A stretch of 64,000 bases of DNA, from assembly GCA_902826685.1 (NCBI GenBank), contig CADEFT010000012.1:104979-168978 (forward strand), written 5' to 3'. Under the pieces are notes generated by a model. It was not told the origin of the DNA and did not search any database. It saw only the letters and a list, made by a program, of their open reading frames with translations. Both the position numbers and the translations under genes were made by a program. The stretch is from an uncultured Acidobacteriota bacterium. GTDB lineage: Bacteria; Acidobacteriota; Terriglobia; Bryobacterales; Bryobacteraceae. This document shows, one piece after another, positions 27,813 through 37,253 of this stretch (the first letter of the stretch is position 1; every line of letters begins with the position of its first letter).

Positions 27813-29558
27813 TTACCGCAGCGCTTTCTTCCCTACAATTCCCTTCCCCTGCTGCACGGTGATCCAGTGATTGGCGGGGACGGACCCAAGCGGCTCCACT
27901 TTTCCATCGGGCCAGCGAATCGCCAGCCCGGCCTGTGCCGCCGTGCCCAATCCGAAATGGACGCGCAGATCGCCTTGTGAGATGTGATAGCCGCCGCTGC
28001 GCACTTCGTTGGTCTGCTTCCTGGCGCCTACGGTCAGCGTGACCCGCGCGCCAATAGCGTGACGTCCGCCGGCGGTCAGCGCCTCGACAAGCACCGAATT
28101 GCCGGCGGGCGCCGAGTTCTTCAGCAGCGAAGGAGCCTCGTGCATATTCACCACCACGATCTCCAGCGAGCCGTCGTTATCCAGATCCGCCACCGCGATG
28201 CCGCGCGAGGAATGCGGCGTCAGAATGCCTTCGCCGGCCGAGGCGGAAAGATCGTGGAACTGGCCGTCGCCACGATTCCAATAGAGAACCCGCTGCTGCT
28301 TCCACTTCTCATTGATCGAGGCCGCATCCACCTCCGGGTACACATGGCCGTTGACCTCGAAAATATCGGGCCGCCCGTCGTGGTCGAAATCGAGAAACGC
28401 GGTACCCCAGCCGAGGAACTTGGTGTTGACGGCAAGTCCGGCGGCGATGGTGGTATCGGTGAACGACCCGTCGCCGTTGTTCTTATACAAGGTGGGCGTG
28501 TCGTCGGAGAAGTTCGTTTTGAAGATATCGAGGCGCCCGTCGCCGTTGAAATCGGCGGCGGTGGCGCCCATGCCCGCCTGTTCACGTCCGTCTTCGTTGA
28601 GAGCCGTACCCGAAATCAGGCCGATCTCCTCGAACGTGCCGTCGTGCTTGTTGCGATAGAGCAGGCTGGCGGTGGAATCGCACGCGACGTACACATCCAC
28701 CCAGCCGTCGTCGTCGAAGTCGCCGGTCAGCGCGGTGAAGCCGTAGAAATTCTTGGCGGTGGCGATACCGGCCTTCTTTGAAACGTCGGTGAAGTTGCCG
28801 CGGCCGTCGTTCTGAAACAGCGACATGGTTTCGGCCGGCAGCCCGCGCGGACCGCACACCACCGGCAGGCCTTTCCATTGACACTGCGCTTTGTCGCCGG
28901 GCTTGGGCGTGCGCGCGGGATCGAACTCCAGATAGTGGGCGATGAAGAGGTCGAGGTCGCCGTCGCGGTCGTAGTCCAGAAAAGCGCAACCGGTGGACCA
29001 GCGCTTGGGGGCGGCGAGCCCGCGGGCCTTGGTCTCGTCCTCGAACGCTCCTCCGGTATTGCGGTAGAGCACGTTTTGCCCCCACTGGGTGATCACGAGG
29101 TCGATCCTGGCATCGTTGTCCACGTCACCGGCACAACCGCCTTGGGCCCAGCCGGTGTGGCGGATTCCGGCCTTCGCGGTCACATCTTCAAACTTGAGGC
29201 CGCCCAGGTTGCGGTAGAGATAGTGGCTAACCGGCGGGCCTTCAAAGCGCGCACCGTTGGGGAAGAAGATATCCTGCAAGCCGTCGTTGTCGAAGTCGAG
29301 GACGACGACGCCGGTACCGGTGGTTTCCACAATATATTGCTTGGCGCGTTCGGCGCCGGAGACGGCGACGCCGGTCAAGCCGGCCTGCGGCGCCAGGTCG
29401 CGATAGTTCACGGCGGGCGCCTTCATCCCCGCCGGCAGGGGACGCGCCGGGCGCGCGGTAGCGCTTCCAGTTGCCATACCCTGGGGCTGGGCGGGTGGCG
29501 TAAACAGCGGGAAAAGCAGGAGGATAAGCATCCTTGCCTCAATTATAAGATTCGGCAA
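27813..29558 (-). CDS. CRTAC1-like protein: FG-GAP/VCBS repeats + ASPIC/UnbV C-terminal domain
   Basis: 581 aa. Repeated Ca-binding-like loops: DFDNDGLQDIFF, DVDNDARIDL, DYDRDGDLDLF, DFDDDGWVDVY, DFNGDGRLDIF, DFDHDGRPDIF, DLDNDGSLEIVV. C-terminal GARVTLTVGARKQTNEVRSGGYHISQGDLRVHFGLG. The start could instead be the internal Met at 29531. Confidence 0.85.
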   Translation of the reverse strand: MPNLIIEARMLILLLFPLFTPPAQPQGMATGSATARPARPLPAGMKAPAVNYRDLAPQAGLTGVAVSGAERAKQYIVETTGTGVVVLDFDNDGLQDIFFPNGARFEGPPVSHYLYRNLGGLKFEDVTAKAGIRHTGWAQGGCAGDVDNDARIDLVITQWGQNVLYRNTGGAFEDETKARGLAAPKRWSTGCAFLDYDRDGDLDLFIAHYLEFDPARTPKPGDKAQCQWKGLPVVCGPRGLPAETMSLFQNDGRGNFTDVSKKAGIATAKNFYGFTALTGDFDDDGWVDVYVACDSTASLLYRNKHDGTFEEIGLISGTALNEDGREQAGMGATAADFNGDGRLDIFKTNFSDDTPTLYKNNGDGSFTDTTIAAGLAVNTKFLGWGTAFLDFDHDGRPDIFEVNGHVYPEVDAASINEKWKQQRVLYWNRGDGQFHDLSASAGEGILTPHSSRGIAVADLDNDGSLEIVVVNMHEAPSLLKNSAPAGNSVLVEALTAGGRHAIGARVTLTVGARKQTNEVRSGGYHISQGDLRVHFGLGTAAQAGLAIRWPDGKVEPLGSVPANHWITVQQGKGIVGKKALR

Positions 29559-29590
29559 AAGCGGCTGGAAGCCTATTATTTTTCATATAT

Positions 29591-29620
29591 TTGACTCGCC
29601 GCCCGCTTCGATGGTATCAA
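29591..29620 (+). promoter_or_regulatory. Candidate sigma70-type promoter for the second TonB-like receptor gene
   Basis: TTGACT (29591-29596), 18-nt spacer, TATCAA (29615-29620). It lies in an AT-richer 140-nt divergent intergenic region about 78 nt upstream of ATG 29698. An AGGAG Shine-Dalgarno sits 7 nt before the ATG. Confidence 0.3.
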
Positions 29621-29697
29621 AGTGTCATAGTCCGGGGAAGGGTGTTGAAGCACCTGTTATTTCAGTAAAGAAAAAAGCTTTGTCTCAGGAGCTTTGC

Positions 29698-32600
29698 ATG
29701 CGAACTCTGTTGTCGCGTTTCTCTCTGTTTACCGCGCTGGCCGCCTCGTTGCTGGCGCAATCCGATAACTCCTACATTACAGGCATCGTGAAGGACGCCA
29801 GTGGTGCCGCCGTGGCCAACGCCAGCGTGGTGGTGACCAACGAAGGAACGGCCTTCACGCGCCAGGCCACGACCAATGAGTCGGGCCTTTATTCCGTCAC
29901 CAACCTGGCGCCGGGGTATTACACCGTCGCCATCGAAGCCACCGGTTTCAAGAAGTTCTCCAAGACCCGCAACAAGCTGGAAGCGGGCATTCCGCTGGGC
30001 GTGAACGTGGAGCTGTCGTTGGGGCAGCTCACCGAGATCATCAATGTCGAAGCCAGCGTGGCCACGCTCAACACCGAGTCGGCCACGGTGGGCAAGACCG
30101 TGGAACAGAAGCAGATTCAAAACCTCACTTTGAACGGGCGCAACCCACTGTTTCTGGCTTTGCTGAAACCCGGCGTCCGCGGCAACGCGCTTTCCGGCTT
30201 CAGCTTCGGCCTGACCAGCGGCGGTTTCGCCGTCAACGGCGGCCGGTCGCAGGATTCGCTGATCACCTTTGACGGCGCGGTGGGCGTGCGCACGCGCGCC
30301 AACGGCACCTCCATCGGCACGGCCGATCTCGACACAGTGCAGGAAGTCCAGATTCTGACGGCGAACTACTCGGCCGAGTACGGGCGCAGCGGATCGGGCC
30401 AGGTGCGCATGGTGACGCGATCGGGCAGCAAGGATTTTCATGGCACCGCCTATGAATACTTCCGCAACAGCGCGCTCGACGCCAATAGCTGGGCGCGCAA
30501 CCGGAACACCACCACCAACTTCGTGGCGCCGTTCCGCTATAACCAGTTCGGCTACAACTTGAGCGGACCGGTGATGATTCCGAAAGTCTTCAACCGGAAC
30601 CGCGAGAAGCTGTTCTTCCTGTTCAGCCAGGAATGGGTGAAGTATCGTCTGGAAGCGGGCAACGGATTCCAGCGGGTGCCAAGCGCGGCCATGCGCAACG
30701 GCGATTTCAGCGAACTGCTGAATGCGAACAACCTCTACTACAACGGCGTCCGCACGCTGACCGACCCCACCACCAACGCGCCTTTCGCCAACAACGTCAT
30801 TCCCGCCAGCGGTCTGAGCCCGAACGGCATTGCATTCCTGCGCACCTATCCGGGGGCCAACGGCGTCTACCAGGGCAACAATAACTTCTATCAGGTGCGG
30901 CCGAATCCGCAGAACCAGCGCAAGGACACCATCGCCATCGACTTCAACCCGACGTCGAACCAGGTGGTGAAGTTCCGCCACGCCAACATGGCAGTCAACA
31001 GCCTGGATGCGTTCCGCTCCGGGTTCGACTACGCCATTACGGCGTTTGACCGGCCGAACAAGACGGCCAGCCTGGGCCATATCATGACCCTGAGCCCCAC
31101 CACCATCAACGAATTCCTGGTGGCGGCCTCGGTGGATCGAGTCTACATCGCCGTCGATCAGACCGGCCAGCGCTACCTGCGCTCGCGCAGCGGCATCAAC
31201 TATCCTTACCTGTTTGCCGAACCCAAGGAGATTCAGGACAAGGTGCCGACCATCGTGATTCCGAACCTGGGCACGATCGACGGCGGCCCGTATCCGTCGA
31301 GCTCTACCGGCCCGATTTACCAGATCTCGAACAACTTCACCAAGATCGCCGGCAACCACACCTTTAAGGCCGGCGTGCTGTTTGAGCGCTCCGGGCAGAA
31401 CGACTTCGACCAGATCAACGTGTCGGGCGTGCCGGGCGGCACCAACAATCAGAATGGACGGTTCGAATTCAGCGACGTGCGCCCGGGCAGCGCGCCGGGC
31501 ACCGGCATCGGGATGGGCAACACGGCGCTGGGCCTGTTTTCCACCTATGCCGAAATCGGACCGCGCAGCTTCACGCCTTACCGCGGCCACATGTTCGAAT
31601 TCTTCGGGCAGGATTCGTGGCGGGTAACGGATAAGCTGAAACTGGAACTCGGGTTCCGCGGCACCTGGCAGAACGGCTACTACAAATCGCTGTGGGGCAA
31701 CATCGCCTACTTCGATCCGAACAAGTACAACCCGGCCTCGGCGGCGGTGATCGAGCGGGCCTCGGGAAACATTCTCAGCGGCGACCGCTACAACGGCGTG
31801 GTGATTCCCGGCTCGTCGTTCCCGGCGGCGGGCAAGGGCCGCGTTCCGGCCATCGACAGCGGACAGTTCGACCGGCTGTTGAGCGGCGGTGGTTCCTATC
31901 CCTCGAAGAACCAGTTCAACGTCATGCCGCGGCTGGGCCTGGCCTACAGCCTGGGTTCGAAGCAGGTGCTGCGCGCCGGTTTCGGCGGCTTCATGTCGCG
32001 CCCCGGCGTTTATGACAGCGTATTCCTGGGCGGCAATCCGCCGTGGCAGCCGATGGCGTCGGTGACCAACGGCAGCGCCGACAATCCTGGCGGCGCGACC
32101 CGCACGGCTTTCCCGCAGTTCTTCATGACCATCGACCCGGTCTACAAGATTCCGCGCGCGTATAACTGGAACGTCAGCTATCAACGCGAGATCGGCTTTG
32201 AGACGACGCTCGAAATCGGTTACGTGGGAACGGCCAGCAACTATCTGTCGCGGGAGCGCGATCTGAATCAGTTACCTTTCGGCACCACGCTGCGGCCGGA
32301 AAATCAGGGCGCCAACGTGAACTTCCTGCGGCCTTACAAGGGCTACGCCAATATCCCCATGCTCGAGCATTCGGGCCGCAGCGAATACAACGGCATGCAG
32401 ATCGAAGTGAACCGCCGCTTCAAGAACAACCTGAGCTTCGGTTTCGCCTATACCCTTTCGAAGGCCTACGACGGCAACTCCGGACCGCGGCAAGGGTTCG
32501 CCGATGTCGGCAACCAGGGGCTCAACTGGGGCAAGGCCGACTTCGATACGCGCCATGTGGCCGTGGTCAATTTCATCTATGAATTCCCGTTCCTGCGCGG

Positions 32601-33105
32601 TTCGAGCAACAGAGCGCTTAAGGCAGTGGCGGGCGGATGGCAGATTTCGGGCGTTTCGCAGTTCCAAACCGGCGTTCCGTTCACCGTCACCACCACCGAC
32701 GATTTCTACGGCATCGGCTCCACCAATGCCAAGCCGTGGAATCTGAACGGCACCACCACGCAGCCCCGGCAATTCTCCAACGGCGCGGATTCGAACTTCT
32801 GGTTCAGCCCCACCGTGAACGGATCGGCCTGGGCCACGCGGCCGGCCAACGGCACCTACGGCAATCAGAACCGCAACTCGATCGGCTTCCATCATCCGGG
32901 CTTCCAGAACTGGAACCTGGCCGGATTCAAGTCGTTCGCGATTACGGAAAAGCAGGCGATCCAGTTCCGCTTCGAAGCCTTCAACTGGCTCAACCATCCG
33001 AACTGGAGCACGGTGGAGGCCACGCCCACCAACGCCGCCTTCGGCAAGGTGACCTCGAAGACCAGCGAGCGCAATCTGCAGCTTTCGCTGCGCTACTCGT
33101 TCTGA
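29698..33105 (+). CDS. TonB-dependent-receptor-like outer membrane protein with carboxypeptidase-regulatory-like domain
   Basis: Start at ATG 29698 (MRTLLSRFSLFTALAASLLAQ), preceded by AGGAG. Motifs ITGIVKDASGAAVANASVVVTNEGT...GYYTVAIEATGFK, plug and barrel regions, and terminal LSLRYSF. Confidence 0.85.
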   Translation: MRTLLSRFSLFTALAASLLAQSDNSYITGIVKDASGAAVANASVVVTNEGTAFTRQATTNESGLYSVTNLAPGYYTVAIEATGFKKFSKTRNKLEAGIPLGVNVELSLGQLTEIINVEASVATLNTESATVGKTVEQKQIQNLTLNGRNPLFLALLKPGVRGNALSGFSFGLTSGGFAVNGGRSQDSLITFDGAVGVRTRANGTSIGTADLDTVQEVQILTANYSAEYGRSGSGQVRMVTRSGSKDFHGTAYEYFRNSALDANSWARNRNTTTNFVAPFRYNQFGYNLSGPVMIPKVFNRNREKLFFLFSQEWVKYRLEAGNGFQRVPSAAMRNGDFSELLNANNLYYNGVRTLTDPTTNAPFANNVIPASGLSPNGIAFLRTYPGANGVYQGNNNFYQVRPNPQNQRKDTIAIDFNPTSNQVVKFRHANMAVNSLDAFRSGFDYAITAFDRPNKTASLGHIMTLSPTTINEFLVAASVDRVYIAVDQTGQRYLRSRSGINYPYLFAEPKEIQDKVPTIVIPNLGTIDGGPYPSSSTGPIYQISNNFTKIAGNHTFKAGVLFERSGQNDFDQINVSGVPGGTNNQNGRFEFSDVRPGSAPGTGIGMGNTALGLFSTYAEIGPRSFTPYRGHMFEFFGQDSWRVTDKLKLELGFRGTWQNGYYKSLWGNIAYFDPNKYNPASAAVIERASGNILSGDRYNGVVIPGSSFPAAGKGRVPAIDSGQFDRLLSGGGSYPSKNQFNVMPRLGLAYSLGSKQVLRAGFGGFMSRPGVYDSVFLGGNPPWQPMASVTNGSADNPGGATRTAFPQFFMTIDPVYKIPRAYNWNVSYQREIGFETTLEIGYVGTASNYLSRERDLNQLPFGTTLRPENQGANVNFLRPYKGYANIPMLEHSGRSEYNGMQIEVNRRFKNNLSFGFAYTLSKAYDGNSGPRQGFADVGNQGLNWGKADFDTRHVAVVNFIYEFPFLRGSSNRALKAVAGGWQISGVSQFQTGVPFTVTTTDDFYGIGSTNAKPWNLNGTTTQPRQFSNGADSNFWFSPTVNGSAWATRPANGTYGNQNRNSIGFHHPGFQNWNLAGFKSFAITEKQAIQFRFEAFNWLNHPNWSTVEATPTNAAFGKVTSKTSERNLQLSLRYSF

Positions 33106-33162
33106 GGGCTGAGGGGCCGGGCGGAAATCCGGCCCCGTTCCGCCTCGTATACTGGCTGGAAC

Positions 33163-34020
33163 ATGAAACTGATCCGTTTCGAATATCAGGGAACGATCCA
33201 TTGCGGCGTCGTCACCGGCGGCGGCGCCGTTCCCGTGGCCGAGATCAATGCACGGCGCGGGACCAAGGTGCCGGACGATGTTCTGGCCATCATTCAACAG
33301 GGCGCCGCCGCCAGTCTCGATGCCACCGGTATCGGCGCTATCCCGCTCGACCAGGTGCGGCCGCTGGTGCCCTACGACGTTCCGCCGAAAATCTGGTGCA
33401 TTGGATTGAACTATCATTCGCACGCCGTGGACATCAACGCCGTGCAGCCGGAAGAGCCGGGCAGTTTTATGAAGCCCGCCTCCTGCATCGTGCAGCCGGG
33501 TGGACCGCTGGTGCTGCCGCCGCCGGAGGTGTCAAACGACGTCGATGCCGAGGGCGAGCTCGGCATTATCATCGGACGCCAGGCGCGCTATGTTCCGGCG
33601 GAACATGTGAAGGACGTCATCTTCGGCTACGTGACGACGCTCGACCTGACGGCGCTCGATGTGCTGGCGCGAAACACGCGGTACCTGACGCGGTCCAAGA
33701 GCATCGACACGTTCTTCAGCTTCGGCCCGGTGATCGTGACGGCCGATGAGATCGCCGATGTGGATGCGCTCGAAGTCGTGACCGCGCACAACGGCAAAGT
33801 CTGGTCGCGCGACTTCGTGCGCAACATGCGGACACGGCCGTTCGAACTGGTGCGCTTTCACAGCGATTACTTCACTCTCGAGCCGGGCGACGTGATCTCG
33901 ACCGGATGTCCAAGGGGCGCGCGAATCAAGCCGGGCGATACGGTGGAGGCGCGGATCGAGGGAGTGGGGCGGCTGAGCGCTTCGGTGGTGCAGGGCACGC
34001 GGCAACCGCGTTACTTTTGA
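33163..34020 (+). CDS. Fumarylacetoacetate hydrolase (FAH) family protein
   Basis: 285 aa. Motifs KIWCIGLNYHSHA, DAEGELGIIIG, SKSIDTFFSFGP and LEPGDVISTGCP. Confidence 0.9.
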   Translation: MKLIRFEYQGTIHCGVVTGGGAVPVAEINARRGTKVPDDVLAIIQQGAAASLDATGIGAIPLDQVRPLVPYDVPPKIWCIGLNYHSHAVDINAVQPEEPGSFMKPASCIVQPGGPLVLPPPEVSNDVDAEGELGIIIGRQARYVPAEHVKDVIFGYVTTLDLTALDVLARNTRYLTRSKSIDTFFSFGPVIVTADEIADVDALEVVTAHNGKVWSRDFVRNMRTRPFELVRFHSDYFTLEPGDVISTGCPRGARIKPGDTVEARIEGVGRLSASVVQGTRQPRYF

Positions 34021-34174
34021 GGAACCGCGAACAACGGAGACCGGCGCGAGCTTTGGTTCCGGGCCCGTTGGTGGACCGCGCCGGTCCCTGTTCGCTTCTG
34101 AGGACTCGCCCGCGAAACGGAAGCGGGGGCCGCGTAGGTCGATGTCACGAGGGTGCCCGCGCATCCTTTGCGGG

Positions 34175-34978
34175 CTAGTGCGACATCGAGTAGATGATGT
34201 AATTCAGCGTGATGCGGTAGGCGGCCGAGGCATAGCGTTCCGGATAGTTGGGATGATCGGCCCACTCCCAGGCATCGCCTAAATCCATGTTGTGGCAGAT
34301 GGCCACCATCAGTCTGCCCTTGTCATCATAAACGCCGCGCCATTTGGGATCGATGCCGCCCTTCTCGAACGTCTGCCCGCTGAAGACGGTGTAAACGCCG
34401 GGAATCTGCGGCCGGTCGTCGAGATCGTAGAGCACGTGGAAAATCTGATCGCTGTTCTGGAGCTCCATGATGGGCTTGTCCGGCAGCACTTTGGTCAGGC
34501 CCGCCACGAACGCTTCCCACTCATAGGGGCCGTGGAAATCGTCGACCATCAGGAAGCCGCCGCGATTGAGGTAATCGCGCAGCCGGGCCGCCTGGTCTTC
34601 GGTGAAATCCCAATAGCCGACTTCCACCGCGTAGATCCATGGGTACTTGTAGATATCGTCGGAATCGATGTCCACCACCTGTTCGACCGAACGAGTGTGC
34701 AGGCGCGAGAGGCGGCGTATGCCCTGCAGAAGCTGGCGGTCGGCCTTGGGGTAGTCGGTGGCCCAACTCCCACCGCGGCGGTAGTAGCCGCCGCGCGTCC
34801 CGGCGCCATAGCGCAGACGCCCGAACACGTACTCGGTCTTTTCGGCGGCGTCGGCGGGCGTGGGTGCGGGGTTGTCTTCCTCGTCGTCGAACTGAGGGCG
34901 ATAGCGGCGCTGCGCGTAGAGAGCGGTTGCCAGCAGCAACAGCGCGACGGCTGCGGCAAAGCGGCGGGAGAACGGCAC
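34175..34978 (-). CDS. DUF4159-domain secreted protein
   Basis: 267 aa. Signal peptide. Motifs WATDYPKADRQLL, YKYPWIYAVEVGYWDFTEDQAARLRDYLNRGGFLMVDDFHG and ICHNMDLGDAWEW match my recollection of DUF4159. Confidence 0.7.
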   Translation of the reverse strand: MPFSRRFAAAVALLLLATALYAQRRYRPQFDDEEDNPAPTPADAAEKTEYVFGRLRYGAGTRGGYYRRGGSWATDYPKADRQLLQGIRRLSRLHTRSVEQVVDIDSDDIYKYPWIYAVEVGYWDFTEDQAARLRDYLNRGGFLMVDDFHGPYEWEAFVAGLTKVLPDKPIMELQNSDQIFHVLYDLDDRPQIPGVYTVFSGQTFEKGGIDPKWRGVYDDKGRLMVAICHNMDLGDAWEWADHPNYPERYASAAYRITLNYIIYSMSH

Positions 34979-35019
34979 GAACCCACTCTATAGCAGGCTC
35001 GAATGGGGTGCAAGGCCGT

Positions 35020-35400
35020 CTATTGATGAGCGGAATATTGCGACTGCGGCGGGTTCATCTTGATCTCAATGGTCTTTTCCTCTTCATTGAGATCGTAGAC
35101 TTCGCCGTAGGTCTGGTAGCCGCGCGCGTGCACCATGATGCGCACTTTGCCCTGCGGAATCGGCGGCAGTTTGACGACGCCTTCCTGGTTGGAGCGGGTC
35201 TCCCAGTGGCGGCGGTTCTTCTTGCCGAGCTTGGCGACGGAGCGGCCTTCGACGAAATCCACCGTGACCGCGGCGCGATCGATGGGCTTGTCCTTGAGCG
35301 TCTTCACTTCGATGCGCAGAGTGGTGGTGGGGTCGTCGGCGTGCGCTGAAGGAGCCGCGAGAATCATGAGAGCGAAGGCGAGGCTCGAAAGGATCCGCAT
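35020..35400 (-). CDS. Small secreted carboxypeptidase-regulatory-like beta-sandwich protein
   Basis: 126 aa. Signal peptide MRILSSLAFALMILAAPSAHA. Motifs LRIEVKTLKDKPIDRAAVTV...NQEGVVKLPPIPQGKVRIMVHARGYQTY. Confidence 0.65.
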   Translation of the reverse strand: MRILSSLAFALMILAAPSAHADDPTTTLRIEVKTLKDKPIDRAAVTVDFVEGRSVAKLGKKNRRHWETRSNQEGVVKLPPIPQGKVRIMVHARGYQTYGEVYDLNEEEKTIEIKMNPPQSQYSAHQ

Positions 35401-35408
35401 GTCCGCTA

Positions 35409-36401
35409 TTATCGCAGGCCGCGCGAGGCATACCAGGCGATGGCGGCGTCGAGGGTTCGCTGGCGCAGTTCGGGCTCACCGCCGAGACTGAGCGCGTGCC
35501 GGTGGCCCGCCTCGGCCGTGCTTTCGCGCAGCGCAACGTCCGTCCAGGCTTTGCGGATCCCTTCGGCCAGCGCGCCGGCATCTTCCGGCGGAACGAACAA
35601 CGCCTGGCTGGTGAGGACGTCGGCGGCACCGGGAGTGCGGGAGATCACGACGCACTTGCGCAGCAGCATGGCGTTGAGATAAACGCCGATGCCAGAGGCG
35701 TTCATGGATGAAGCGAGGATGGGCAGTGCGACAACCTTGGCGCCTTCAAGAATGCGGATCATCGAATCCTGCGAACCGTCGTCGTCGAGCAGCGTCACGT
35801 TCTTCGGCAAATCCTCGGGCCGGCGCGTGAAGCGGGAGCAGTGAATCTCGAATTCGCGATAGTTGGGCTTGGGAACGGCGGCCGGATAAGGCAGCTTTTC
35901 CATGGCGGCGAAGAAGGTGTCGTAATCGCGCTGCGAGCGGCCGAAGCACAACACGTACTCGCCCTCGCGAAATTTTGAAGGCTCATAGCGGTAGCGCAGA
36001 TTCGGCTTGAAGTGAACGAAGGAGCTGTTACCGGCGCGGATCCCGTAATATCTGGCGTAGCCCTCGGAGCCGTGAAAATAGTTGATGAAATGATCCACTC
36101 GAGTGAGCAGGGTCTTCTTCACCAGGGCGGCGGCGCGCTGCTTCCATGTTTCCGGACGGCGTAGAACGATGTCGGCCGACACCAGAGGCTTGCGTTGGGA
36201 AGGATGAAGCCAGAAGTGGCGGCAAAGCTGCAACGTCAAATCGGCATCGCCGTTGATCAGCACCAGCGCCGCGCGCGGCAGGCCGGCCAGCAGTTCCGGA
36301 AACGTCCGCACCACTTCCGCCGTGCCCGTCTCGCCGGTGGCCGCGGTCCAGGTGGCGGGAAAGCGCGGAAAATTCGTGCAGATAGGAATGGGAGGCTGCA
36401 T
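35409..36401 (-). CDS. Putative glycosyltransferase (GT-B-like; family call weak)
   Basis: 330 aa. Coding-like composition. The C-terminal half (VLCFGRSQRDYDTFFAAM...VVALPILASSMNASGIGVYLNAMLLRKCVVIS...LFVPPEDAGALAEGI) resembles the GT1/GT4 nucleotide-sugar-binding half. Confidence 0.55.
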   Translation of the reverse strand: MQPPIPICTNFPRFPATWTAATGETGTAEVVRTFPELLAGLPRAALVLINGDADLTLQLCRHFWLHPSQRKPLVSADIVLRRPETWKQRAAALVKKTLLTRVDHFINYFHGSEGYARYYGIRAGNSSFVHFKPNLRYRYEPSKFREGEYVLCFGRSQRDYDTFFAAMEKLPYPAAVPKPNYREFEIHCSRFTRRPEDLPKNVTLLDDDGSQDSMIRILEGAKVVALPILASSMNASGIGVYLNAMLLRKCVVISRTPGAADVLTSQALFVPPEDAGALAEGIRKAWTDVALRESTAEAGHRHALSLGGEPELRQRTLDAAIAWYASRGLR

Positions 36402-36447
36402 CTAAGATTGAAGGATTCGTGAAACTCCATTATAGGAAGCGAGGACA

Positions 36448-37248
36448 ATGAAGCTGAACTGCGCGATGGCGGGTAACGGACCGCCGATGGTGTTGCTGCA
36501 CGGCGTGACGCGCCGCTGGCAGTCGTTTCTGCCCGTGATGGCGGGCCTGGGGGCGGGGGCGAGCCTGATGGCGGTGGACCTGCCGGGCCACGGCGCTTCC
36601 GGCCGGATGCGGCGGTACCGGGTCATTGACTATGCCGGGCCGATTGTGGAACTGCTGAGCGAGCGCTTTGCCGAACCGGTGGTGGTGTACGGCCATTCGC
36701 TCGGCTCGATGCTGGCGGCGGCCGTTGCCGCCGAAGCGCCGAAGCTGGTACGCGCGGTGGTGATGGAGGATCCGCCTTTTGAAACGATGGGCTCGCGCAT
36801 CCGCGAGGGCATGCTGCACGATTGGTTCCGTGCGCTGGCGCCGTTCGCCGCAAGCCGCGATCCGGTGGGCGCGCTCGCCCGCCGGCTGGGAGAAGCGCAG
36901 GCCGGAGGTGTGCCCCTCAAGCAACTGCGCGACGGGGTGGCATTGCGTTTCACGGCGGCTTCTTTGAAGCGCATGGACCCGGCGGTGCTCGAACCGATAG
37001 TGGCGGGCGAATGGATGTTGGGGTATGATCGCGATTCGATCTTGAGCCGCGTGCGGTGTCCCGCTTTGCTGGTGCAGGCCGACCCGGCGGCGGGCGCTAT
37101 GCTGACCGATGCCGACGCGGCGGAAGCGGCCGCGCGCATGGCCGATTGCGTTTCCGTCCGGGTTGCCGGAGCGCCGCATCTGATTCACTGGGCCGATCCC
37201 GGTGCGATGGTCCGGCTGGTGCAGGGATTCGTGACCACTTTGGAGTAG
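36448..37248 (+). CDS. Alpha/beta-fold hydrolase
   Basis: 266 aa. Motifs PMVLLHGVTRRW, nucleophile elbow YGHSLGS, and C-terminal GAPHLIHW (catalytic His region). Confidence 0.85.
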   Translation: MKLNCAMAGNGPPMVLLHGVTRRWQSFLPVMAGLGAGASLMAVDLPGHGASGRMRRYRVIDYAGPIVELLSERFAEPVVVYGHSLGSMLAAAVAAEAPKLVRAVVMEDPPFETMGSRIREGMLHDWFRALAPFAASRDPVGALARRLGEAQAGGVPLKQLRDGVALRFTAASLKRMDPAVLEPIVAGEWMLGYDRDSILSRVRCPALLVQADPAAGAMLTDADAAEAAARMADCVSVRVAGAPHLIHWADPGAMVRLVQGFVTTLE

Positions 37249-37253
37249 AACCA

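Noticed and set aside
29662-32184. 840-aa ORF antisense to the second TonB-like receptor gene
   Set aside because: It shows the same shadow-ORF pattern (R/A/G/V-rich, no motifs). The plus-strand product has a signal peptide, a CarboxypepD_reg domain and a terminal aromatic residue.
34039-34175. Inverted repeats in the convergent FAH/DUF4159 gap as intrinsic terminators: GACCGGCGCG...CGCGCCGGTC (34039-34048 / 34077-34086) and GCCCGC-N9-GCGGGC (34155-34175)
   Set aside because: The first has a 28-nt loop. Neither is followed by a U-tract on either strand. In such GC-rich DNA, stems of 6-10 bp arise easily, so support is too weak to call terminators.
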